57,596 bases of DNA, from positions 1-57,596 of the forward strand of contig PASJ01000001.1 in NCBI GenBank assembly GCA_002711925.1, written 5' to 3'. Shown piece after piece: positions 40,026 through 47,690 of this stretch. The notes under the pieces were generated by a model, which did not search any database, had not been told where the DNA came from, and saw nothing but the letters and a program-made list of their open reading frames with translations. Every line of letters starts with the position of its first letter. Positions within the stretch are counted from its first letter, which is position 1. The DNA comes from Pseudobdellovibrionaceae bacterium (lineage in GTDB: Bacteria; Bdellovibrionota_B; Oligoflexia; Oligoflexales; Bog-1112). The position numbers and the translations under genes are program-made.

Positions 40026-40469
40026 CTAATTAACACTTACCGAAGATCTTTTTATCTTTTTAACATTGTAGCCTGTATTTTCTACTATGGATTTAATTTT
40101 TTCGTCACTAATATCCATGTTTTCTTTTAAGCTTAAAACAACCAACTTGTCACTTAAACTTACAACAACAGACTTGACGCTTTTTTCTTTTGTAAACGCC
40201 TTTTCTAAGCCTTGCACACAAAAAGAGCACACCATTCCATTTACAGTGACATTTACAACCTGTAAAACGCTTACTTTTTCAACAGGTACTTTCTTTTGTT
40301 TTTCAACCTTTTGCGCAGGAGGTTTTTTTGTTTTTACTGTTGTCTTAGTTTTTGAAGGCTCACCTTTTGCAAGTAAACAAAAATTATGAACACACAAGCT
40401 AGACAGAAGAAGGGCATAAGCAAAAAACAAAGCAGTAGAATAAAATTTTTCTTTCTTCAAGACCGACAC
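40026..40469 (-). CDS. Exported HMA-domain metal-binding protein (MerP/CopZ-like)
   Basis: Signal peptide, Lys-rich linker, VNGMVCSFC...TGYNV; GTG start after AGGAG. Confidence 0.85.
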   Translation of the reverse strand: MSVLKKEKFYSTALFFAYALLLSSLCVHNFCLLAKGEPSKTKTTVKTKKPPAQKVEKQKKVPVEKVSVLQVVNVTVNGMVCSFCVQGLEKAFTKEKSVKSVVVSLSDKLVVLSLKENMDISDEKIKSIVENTGYNVKKIKRSSVSVN

Positions 40470-40480
40470 TACAAACTCCT

Positions 40481-41092
40481 TTAAAAATGAACCATAAAAG
40501 TCATAAGACCAAGTCCTTTGAAATCAGAACCTAGTTCTATTAAATAGTTTTGCATAAAAAACCGAAAGACTAGCATTGAGCTACTCATGGCCGAATCGTC
40601 TAAAAAACTATCTTGATTTGCTTGAAAAATAATCCAGGTATGAAATCCATCATAGTCTTCGATGTAGGGAGCCACACCAAAACGAAAAGTTGTAGAAACA
40701 AAAATTTTGTCATAAAAAAAAGAGTTAACATTAAACTGAGTGTAGAATCTTCGACTTTCCCAGTCCCCTTGTATCCCAAGATGAAAATTTTCGTCTTTTA
40801 AAAATCTCGGGGCAAGCCCTAAACCTATAAACCCGTAGATGTTAGCTTGTGACGATGGTTTATTGAATCTTTTGAGCAAAAAATTATTTTGAAAAAACAA
40901 TAACTTTTCATCTTGGATATCGGCAAAGTGAAAACCAAGAGCCCACCTGTGAGTCAAACTATGATGTAAGTTAACTCTCTTCATTCGTGGTAGGTGTCTA
41001 AGAGTAAAGACACTCCCTCCTTTCCAAATCACCGGGTGAGCAAAAATATTAAAACCTAAAAGTATAAAACCTAACAGCAAGGAACGAAACAT
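40481..41092 (-). CDS. Hypothetical outer-membrane beta-barrel protein
   Basis: Signal peptide ending IFA, mature N-terminus HPV, amphipathic strands, C-terminal Phe (MTFMVHF). Confidence 0.65.
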   Translation of the reverse strand: MFRSLLLGFILLGFNIFAHPVIWKGGSVFTLRHLPRMKRVNLHHSLTHRWALGFHFADIQDEKLLFFQNNFLLKRFNKPSSQANIYGFIGLGLAPRFLKDENFHLGIQGDWESRRFYTQFNVNSFFYDKIFVSTTFRFGVAPYIEDYDGFHTWIIFQANQDSFLDDSAMSSSMLVFRFFMQNYLIELGSDFKGLGLMTFMVHF

Positions 41093-41321
41093 TCATTTTC
41101 CTCTGAAGCTAATTATACAATGATCTCTGATATATTCTAGCAAACTGAAAAATTTTGAACAGTCCCTCACTGTCACTATAAATAAAAGCAAAAATTTTTT
41201 AATTTACTTAATAAAAACTAAAAATATCTCAAAGATATAAAAAAAAAACTAACCACTAAGCTTATTCTTTTGTAAGATACATCACCTGACATTCAATAAA
41301 AAAGGGAGACAAAGATAAACT

Positions 41322-42485
41322 ATGAATATACACGAGTACCAAGCTAAGAAACTTTTTTCTGAAAACCACATTTCGACTCCCAAAGGCATTCTTGTCACCT
41401 CAGTAGAAGAAGCCGAGAAAGCTTTTGAAAAGCTAGGGGGCGGTATTTGTGCCGTTAAGGCACAAATTCACGCAGGCGGCAGAGGGAAAGCGGGTGGAGT
41501 AAAAATTGTCAAAACTTCTAAAGACTGCATCGAAGAGACAAAAAAGCTCCTGGGTAGCACTCTTGTAACACACCAAACAGGCCCACAAGGCAAAAAGGTA
41601 CGCAAGGTCTACGTTGAAGAGGGGACTCAAATATGTAAAGAATATTATCTTTCATGCCTAGTTGACAGAGAAAGCGCCAATATTACGTTAATGTTTTCTA
41701 AAGAAGGAGGTATGGATATTGAAGAAGTCGCTGCAAAAACTCCTGAAAAAATTTTTACCCTTTCCGTTGACACAACCATTGGCTTAAAAGACTACCAATT
41801 GCGTCAACTTATATTTGACTCTAAAGTTCCCCAAGAAGAAACGAAAAATTTTACAGGCTTTGTTAAAAGCTTATATAAACTTTTTCTAAAGCATGATTTT
41901 TCTATGATTGAGATCAATCCCCTCATTGTTACCAATGAAAATAAAATCATGCCCCTAGACGGTAAAATGAGTTTTGATGAAAATAGTCTTTATCGACACC
42001 CTAACATTAAAGCTTTAAGAGATTTCGAAGAAGAAGACCCCCGAGAAGTTGAAGCTTCTGAGCATGGTTTGAGCTATATCGGTTTAGACGGTAACATTGG
42101 CTGCCTCGTTAACGGGGCTGGACTTGCTATGGCAACAATGGATATTATCAAACACTACGGCGGAGAACCCGCCAACTTTCTTGACGTTGGCGGTGGAGCC
42201 AGTGAGGATATGGTAAAAAACGCATTCAAAATAATCTTGCGAGACAAGAAAGTAAAAGCTGTTTTTGTTAATATTTTTGGCGGAATCATGCGCTGTGACG
42301 TTATTGCTCGCGGCATCGTCACAGCCTCGCAAGAACTTAAAATTTCTATACCACTTGTTGTCAGACTAGAGGGGACAAACGTTCAACAAGGCAAACAAAT
42401 TCTCCACGAATCTGGTCTAAGTATTCTGCCAGCAGATTATATGAGTGATGGTGCAGAAAAAGCTGTTCAAGCAGCCAGAGGATAA
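41322..42485 (+). CDS. sucC: Succinyl-CoA synthetase beta subunit
   Basis: [43 protein letters not shown]. Confidence 0.98.
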   Translation: MNIHEYQAKKLFSENHISTPKGILVTSVEEAEKAFEKLGGGICAVKAQIHAGGRGKAGGVKIVKTSKDCIEETKKLLGSTLVTHQTGPQGKKVRKVYVEEGTQICKEYYLSCLVDRESANITLMFSKEGGMDIEEVAAKTPEKIFTLSVDTTIGLKDYQLRQLIFDSKVPQEETKNFTGFVKSLYKLFLKHDFSMIEINPLIVTNENKIMPLDGKMSFDENSLYRHPNIKALRDFEEEDPREVEASEHGLSYIGLDGNIGCLVNGAGLAMATMDIIKHYGGEPANFLDVGGGASEDMVKNAFKIILRDKKVKAVFVNIFGGIMRCDVIARGIVTASQELKISIPLVVRLEGTNVQQGKQILHESGLSILPADYMSDGAEKAVQAARG

Positions 42486-42520
42486 AAACAACCAACCCCC
42501 ACGATAAGGATTTAGGATAA

Positions 42521-43393
42521 ATGGGCATTCTAATTAACAAAAACACCCGAGTTATAACTCAAGGCATAACAGGAAAAAGTGGGCTTTTTCACACAAAACT
42601 CTCTCATGAATATGCCCCCTGCTTTGTGGGTGGCGTAACACCGGGAAAGGGAGGATCACAGGCTGCAGGATTACCTGTTTTTGATACAGTTAAAGAAGCA
42701 AAAGAAATAACAGCTTGCAACGCATCAATGATTTTTGTTCCACCCCCTTTTGCTGCTGACGCGATTTTAGAGGCTATTGACAGTGAAATAGAGCTCGTAG
42801 TTTGCATCACCGAAGGTGTTCCTGTACAAGACATGTTGACAGTGAAAAAGGCACTTGATAAATCGAAAACAAGATTGATTGGTCCAAACTGTCCTGGTGT
42901 CATCACCCCCGGCCAATGTAAAATTGGTATTATGCCTGGACACGTTCATCAAAAAGGCTCCGTTGGAATTTTATCGAAATCAGGGACGTTAACCTATGAG
43001 GCTGTAGGCCAAACAAGCGAAGTAGGTTTGGGGCAATCTTCTTGTGTTGGGATTGGTGGAGACCCAATTATAGGTAGTACTTTTACGGATCTTCTTCCCT
43101 TATTTGAACAAGACCCCGACACAGAAGCTATAATTATGATCGGAGAAATTGGTGGCGACGCAGAAATAAAAGCAGCACAGTATATCCACAAACACGTTAC
43201 AAAGCCTGTTTGTGCTTTTATTGCTGGAGTAACAGCTCCCCCCGGAAAGCGTATGGGTCATGCTGGAGCAATTGTTTCTGGAGGCAAAGGAACCGCCAAA
43301 GAAAAAATAACTGCTCTGAAAGATGTTGGAGTTTGGGTAGCTGAGTCTCCAGCAGAAATCGGATCAACACTTATGAAAAACTTAAAGAAGTAA
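42521..43393 (+). CDS. sucD: Succinyl-CoA synthetase alpha subunit
   Basis: [27 protein letters not shown] phospho-His. Confidence 0.98.
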   Translation: MGILINKNTRVITQGITGKSGLFHTKLSHEYAPCFVGGVTPGKGGSQAAGLPVFDTVKEAKEITACNASMIFVPPPFAADAILEAIDSEIELVVCITEGVPVQDMLTVKKALDKSKTRLIGPNCPGVITPGQCKIGIMPGHVHQKGSVGILSKSGTLTYEAVGQTSEVGLGQSSCVGIGGDPIIGSTFTDLLPLFEQDPDTEAIIMIGEIGGDAEIKAAQYIHKHVTKPVCAFIAGVTAPPGKRMGHAGAIVSGGKGTAKEKITALKDVGVWVAESPAEIGSTLMKNLKK

Positions 43394-43400
43394 AATAAAT

Positions 43401-43871
43401 ATGCTCGGAATTAGACACTTTGAAGGTTTAGCAATAGACCTATGGCAGGGACAAAAAGAAAATTTCTTTTGCGACAGAACCCTAATCATTGAAGAAGCTT
43501 ATGAAAAAAAAGCCCTAGAGCTGAACATTCCCCACGTTACCTTTAGCATACAAAGCAATCTTTCTTTAAAAGAAAAACTAGAGGGAATAACAGCAAGTAT
43601 AACACTCTTTTTGAGCCAAGAGCATGAAAAAACGGGCTTCCATCTAGCAATATTTTTTTCTTCCAAGATTCAGCTTGTACAGCAAAAAAGTCTTGCTGAA
43701 ACACTTTTTACCACGGTAAAAGACGCAGCAAAAAACAAAAAGCTGACACCATCTTTACGGCGTCTCAGTTTTCTTGTTGAAACAGCAGAAGACTACCAAA
43801 CCTTACAAGAAAAAATGTTTGTTACTTTTAAAGAAGAAGACCATGAGCATATTTCAAACAGTCCAACTTAA
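43401..43871 (+). CDS. Hypothetical protein, possibly a degenerate macrodomain
   Basis: IDLWQG....FCD start and SLRRLSFLV...YQTLQ end resemble macrodomain terminal elements; the central GGG loop is absent. Confidence 0.45.
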   Translation: MLGIRHFEGLAIDLWQGQKENFFCDRTLIIEEAYEKKALELNIPHVTFSIQSNLSLKEKLEGITASITLFLSQEHEKTGFHLAIFFSSKIQLVQQKSLAETLFTTVKDAAKNKKLTPSLRRLSFLVETAEDYQTLQEKMFVTFKEEDHEHISNSPT

Positions 43872-44865
43872 AGATTTCAGCAACTACAAAACGGGGGGGG
43901 TGTGTCGATACTTTTGTCGCCCCACAAAAGAAAACCAAATAATAAGTGCACTTACCATACTCAACAAAAAAAATATACCTTTCTATATACTTGGTGCAGG
44001 AACGAACTCTTTAATACTTGACAATGAATGGACTGGAGGGGTCTTTGCTTTAGACCAACTTCGTTCACTTCGTCTGATCGATGAGTTCACAATCTACTGT
44101 GAAGCCGGAGTCACAAATACCGAGCTATCTAATTTTGCCCAAGAACATGGACTCACAGGACTTGAGTGGATGCATGGCTTACCCGGACAAGTAGGAGGTA
44201 GCGTGCGCATGAACGCTCGCTGTTATGGGGGCGAAACATCCCAAGTGATAACAAAAGTAAACAGCATTGATAGAAATGGAAAATACAAAACAAGAACAAT
44301 ATATCCTGACAACACAAATATTTTTAAAGGCTACAAAAACACAATTTTTATGACCAACAAAGAGATCATAAGTAGCGTAGAAATTAAACTAAAGCCCGGA
44401 AATAAGTTAAGCTCCTTAGCAAAAATGAATAATATTATTTTAGACCGAGAAACAAAAGGTCACTTTGCTTATCCAAACTGTGGCTGTGTGTTTAAAAATG
44501 ATTACTCAAAAGAGGTTTCTGTTCCGAGTGGACTCTTACTCGAACACAGTAATGTCAAAAATCTAAGGGTTGGAGGAGCTACAGTCAGCGCAAAGCATGC
44601 AAACTTTATTTATAATAAAGACAACGCCACAAGCGATGACATTATTCTATGTAGCCTTGAGATGAGAGAAAGAGTCTGGGATAATTTCTCAGTTTGGCTA
44701 GAATATGAAATGGAAATACTTGGGACCCCCTCTAAGAAAATAAAAGACAAAATATCAGAAAAAAGAAGGCAATCTCCCAAAAAAGAAAAAATTTTAGCCC
44801 TAAGAAATTTAATTGATTCACAAAAAAACAAGAAAACAAAAAATAACGCTCAAAAAAATCTTTAA
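43843..44865 (+). CDS. murB: UDP-N-acetylenolpyruvoylglucosamine reductase
   Basis: LGAGTNSL, GLEWMHGLPGQVGGSVRMNARCYG, PNCGCVFKN, KHANFI, LEYE. Start at ATG 43843. Confidence 0.95.
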   Translation: MSIFQTVQLKDFSNYKTGGVCRYFCRPTKENQIISALTILNKKNIPFYILGAGTNSLILDNEWTGGVFALDQLRSLRLIDEFTIYCEAGVTNTELSNFAQEHGLTGLEWMHGLPGQVGGSVRMNARCYGGETSQVITKVNSIDRNGKYKTRTIYPDNTNIFKGYKNTIFMTNKEIISSVEIKLKPGNKLSSLAKMNNIILDRETKGHFAYPNCGCVFKNDYSKEVSVPSGLLLEHSNVKNLRVGGATVSAKHANFIYNKDNATSDDIILCSLEMRERVWDNFSVWLEYEMEILGTPSKKIKDKISEKRRQSPKKEKILALRNLIDSQKNKKTKNNAQKNL

Positions 44866-44929
44866 AAAAAATCAAACCTTAATTTCAGTTAAAAAAAGTA
44901 GTAAATGTAAGCCAAGATAGAGGAATAAT

Positions 44930-45649
44930 ATGGTTTATAAAAAAGCTGCAAAAGAACTTGAAAAACTTTCTTCCCCTGACGACAAAAAAATTTTGAAAAA
45001 GTTCTTTAAAACAGAAAAAGGTCAATATGGCTATGGTGACAAGTTTCTTGGTATTAGAGTTCCAGAAATAAGAAAAGTAGCAAAAAAATTTGAAGAACTT
45101 TCACTTTTTGATCTTGAACAACTTTTAAAATCTTCTTATCACGAACAAAGAATGTTAGCTCTTATCATTTTAATCAGTCAATTCAAAAGATCTAAAAACA
45201 AAAAAAAATATTTTGATTTTTATATAAAACACATAAGACATGTTAACAGCTGGGACCTTGTTGACATCAGCGCACCCAAAATAGTGGGGGAGTTTCTTTT
45301 AGATACTGACCACACAATTCTTCTACGCTGGGCAAAAAGTACAAACCTGTGGCAAAAAAGAGTTGCTATGGTTTCGTGTTTAACATTTGTCAGAAATAAA
45401 AAAAAAACACATCTAGTATTAGGTTTAGCAGACTTACTCCTTGATGATTCACATGATCTTATTCACAAAGCAGTGGGTTGGGTACTAAGAGAGCTTTCCA
45501 AACAAAACAAACAAAAAGTACTTGCCTTTATTGACAAATATTATTTCAGACTTTCAAGAACCACCCTTCGTTATACGATTGAACAGTTTCCAGACAAACA
45601 AAGAAAATCTATTTTACTCAGGAAAAATAAAAAGACTCAAATTGTTTAG
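44930..45649 (+). CDS. DNA alkylation repair glycosylase, AlkD family
   Basis: FFKT..GQYGYGDKFLGIRVP, NSWDLVD, DLIHKAVGWVLRE, RTTLRYTIE. Confidence 0.9.
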   Translation: MVYKKAAKELEKLSSPDDKKILKKFFKTEKGQYGYGDKFLGIRVPEIRKVAKKFEELSLFDLEQLLKSSYHEQRMLALIILISQFKRSKNKKKYFDFYIKHIRHVNSWDLVDISAPKIVGEFLLDTDHTILLRWAKSTNLWQKRVAMVSCLTFVRNKKKTHLVLGLADLLLDDSHDLIHKAVGWVLRELSKQNKQKVLAFIDKYYFRLSRTTLRYTIEQFPDKQRKSILLRKNKKTQIV

Positions 45650-45850
45650 AAAAAAATAAATAGATATAATTTTTACAGCCTATTGCTTTTTGCCTCATAA
45701 AATCTTCTAACTTATCTCGAGCATATTAAGTTCTCTTTTATGAAGAAACACAGTTAAAATAAATGTTTGTGACTGAAAAAAGAGTAAATTTTTATATTTA
45801 ACGAGTTATCTGTACACTATAAGAATACTATGTGTAAAAAAAAGCACAGG

Positions 45851-45878
45851 AGAGAGGATGTAAGCATTGCCTCTTTTT
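45851..45878 (+). terminator. Possible intrinsic terminator or part of a structured RNA
   Basis: AGAGAGG-ATG-taag-CAT-tg-CCTCTTTTT hairpin running into a T tract, about 200 bp after alkD. Confidence 0.3.
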
Positions 45879-46129
45879 CACACTAAAGTCAAAAACTTCT
45901 ATTTAGTGGAAAAACAAAAACCTCCACTCTGTGTAGATAAAAACATGTTACAAATCAGAAAGGAACCAAAGGTTTCAAAACACTCTCAGGCATGACAACT
46001 AAAGCACGAGGACATTGGTGAAAAATATATTTGGTAACAAAACGAAGATGGTATATTTATATATTAAGCCTGTTTCCAAAGCCAAAGTATGGAGCAAAAA
46101 TTTCTCCCAAGAAAAAAAGAGGAAAAAAT

Positions 46130-46603
46130 ATGAAAAAAAAATTTATCTTGATTGTTCATCTATACTTTTTACTGCCTGGGGCTTATATATATTCTCAAGC
46201 AGAAAGCATAGAAAACAGCCTTAGCTCACTTTCTAGGTTTGATCACATACAAATTAACCTTGAAAAAGAAGATGAAAAACTGGATCATGTTTTCCCAATT
46301 CCCCCCGTATTTGGTCGATCCATATCAAACTATGGTTTTACGCAACTGAAGCCCCAAGAACACACAATCTACAAAGTTAAAAAGTTAATAAGCGACATGT
46401 CTGAAGTTCCTATTGTACAAGAAAAAACAATTAATTTTAATCGTGCAATTTTTTTAGAACAAATCTCGCCCCCCCAAAAGGAAGAAGAAAAAATTTTTTG
46501 GATTTTAGACGAAAAAGGAATGATCCGACAATTTGAAAACGGAGAGGTCGTAGCTAAAGTGAAAAGTGTAAAAAAAGTTTTTCTTACAAGATCCAGACTA
46601 TAG
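46130..46603 (+). CDS. Hypothetical exported protein
   Basis: ATG 46130 after AGAGGA; MKKKFILIVHLYFLLPGAYIYSQA signal-like N-terminus; no recognisable domain. Confidence 0.55.
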   Translation: MKKKFILIVHLYFLLPGAYIYSQAESIENSLSSLSRFDHIQINLEKEDEKLDHVFPIPPVFGRSISNYGFTQLKPQEHTIYKVKKLISDMSEVPIVQEKTINFNRAIFLEQISPPQKEEEKIFWILDEKGMIRQFENGEVVAKVKSVKKVFLTRSRL

Positions 46604-46661
46604 TAAAGGTCTGTCAAACGTTATCAAACCACAAGAGATATAACCTCCTAAGCACAAAAAG

Positions 46662-47672
46662 TCAAAATTCGTGACCTGACCACTGTTGAACCTTTTCAAG
46701 AACAGACTCTTTTTTTAAAAGAGTCATACAAGTGCATTTCCCAAAGAAGCGACAACCGCGACAAACCCCAACCGGACAAAGCGCCTCAGCGTTTTGACCA
46801 ACAGGCCCCCAACGACGAGGCCCCAAAGAGGTGTCTAATGGATATAACCCTAAACTATTAACCCCAAGACCAGCAGCCAGGTGCAGTGGACCAGTACTGC
46901 CAGAGACAAAACCATCAGCAAGAGATAAAAAGTTGATGAAATCTTTCAAACTAAACAAATCAAAAGCATCCACAACATACGAACAACGACTTAAGATCGG
47001 ATCTCGAAAAGATTTTTTCTCCCCACCATCCCCGGTGATAAAAACCTTAAACCTCTTCGGGTCCAAAGCATTTATAAAATCAATAAACTGCTGAAGATCC
47101 CAGTGACGACTACTACCTCTCGACCCAGGGTGTACCACAAGATTAAACTTTTTTTGATGCATCAAATGTCTGAACTTTTCTTTCTGACTAGGTTTTATCT
47201 TTAGGATTGACTTTAAATTATTTAAACTCGGATCTGCCCGAAGTCCAAGTCCCTCTAAAAGCTTCAAGTTGAGTTGACTTTCGTGCAAAACACTTTTCTT
47301 TCGAGAAACATCAGGCCTCCGGTTGCAATAATACCAGTGGTAAAACCTTCGGCTTGTTCCCACGCGACAAGCGACCCCAGCAAGCCAAAACAAACGGGCT
47401 AACTCTCGACGCGGATATGCATGAATCACAGTGTCTATCTTTAAGTTTTTTATATAACGGACCCTTTTATCCTCAGAGGCTAAACCTTGAAGCTCCTCAT
47501 AGGAGACAAACTCATCAACACCACCGTAAGCATGGACAAGGCAGGAAACAAGACCTTTACCTAAAAAACTAAGCTTCGCATCAGGAAAGTTCTTTTTTAT
47601 AAAATGAATTAAAGGCAACGACAAAACAACGTCACCGATATTATCTGTTCGACTTATAAGAAAATGCTTCAC
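46662..47672 (-). CDS. Glycosyltransferase family 9 (LPS heptosyltransferase-like)
   Basis: SRTDNIGDVVLSLP, HPGSRGS..W, STGPLHLAAGLG. Confidence 0.92.
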   Translation of the reverse strand: MKHFLISRTDNIGDVVLSLPLIHFIKKNFPDAKLSFLGKGLVSCLVHAYGGVDEFVSYEELQGLASEDKRVRYIKNLKIDTVIHAYPRRELARLFWLAGVACRVGTSRRFYHWYYCNRRPDVSRKKSVLHESQLNLKLLEGLGLRADPSLNNLKSILKIKPSQKEKFRHLMHQKKFNLVVHPGSRGSSRHWDLQQFIDFINALDPKRFKVFITGDGGEKKSFRDPILSRCSYVVDAFDLFSLKDFINFLSLADGFVSGSTGPLHLAAGLGVNSLGLYPLDTSLGPRRWGPVGQNAEALCPVGVCRGCRFFGKCTCMTLLKKESVLEKVQQWSGHEF

Positions 47673-47690
47673 CTTAAAACCTAAAAAAAA

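Noticed and set aside
37965-40469. Mercury-resistance (mer) operon
   Set aside because: The flavoprotein lacks MerA cysteine motifs and no merR is present.
31281-41200. Integrative genomic island at tRNA-Ile
   Set aside because: No integrase or transposase, I saw no repeat of the tRNA 3' end, and strand skew matches the flanks. Treated only as an accessory-looking region.
45844-45995. Glycine riboswitch (CAGGAGAG ... ACTCTCAGGCA words present, gcvP nearby)
   Set aside because: The CCGAAG core is absent, spacing is wrong, and it is on the opposite strand and downstream of gcvP. The real gcvP leader (50541-50689) has no aptamer motifs.
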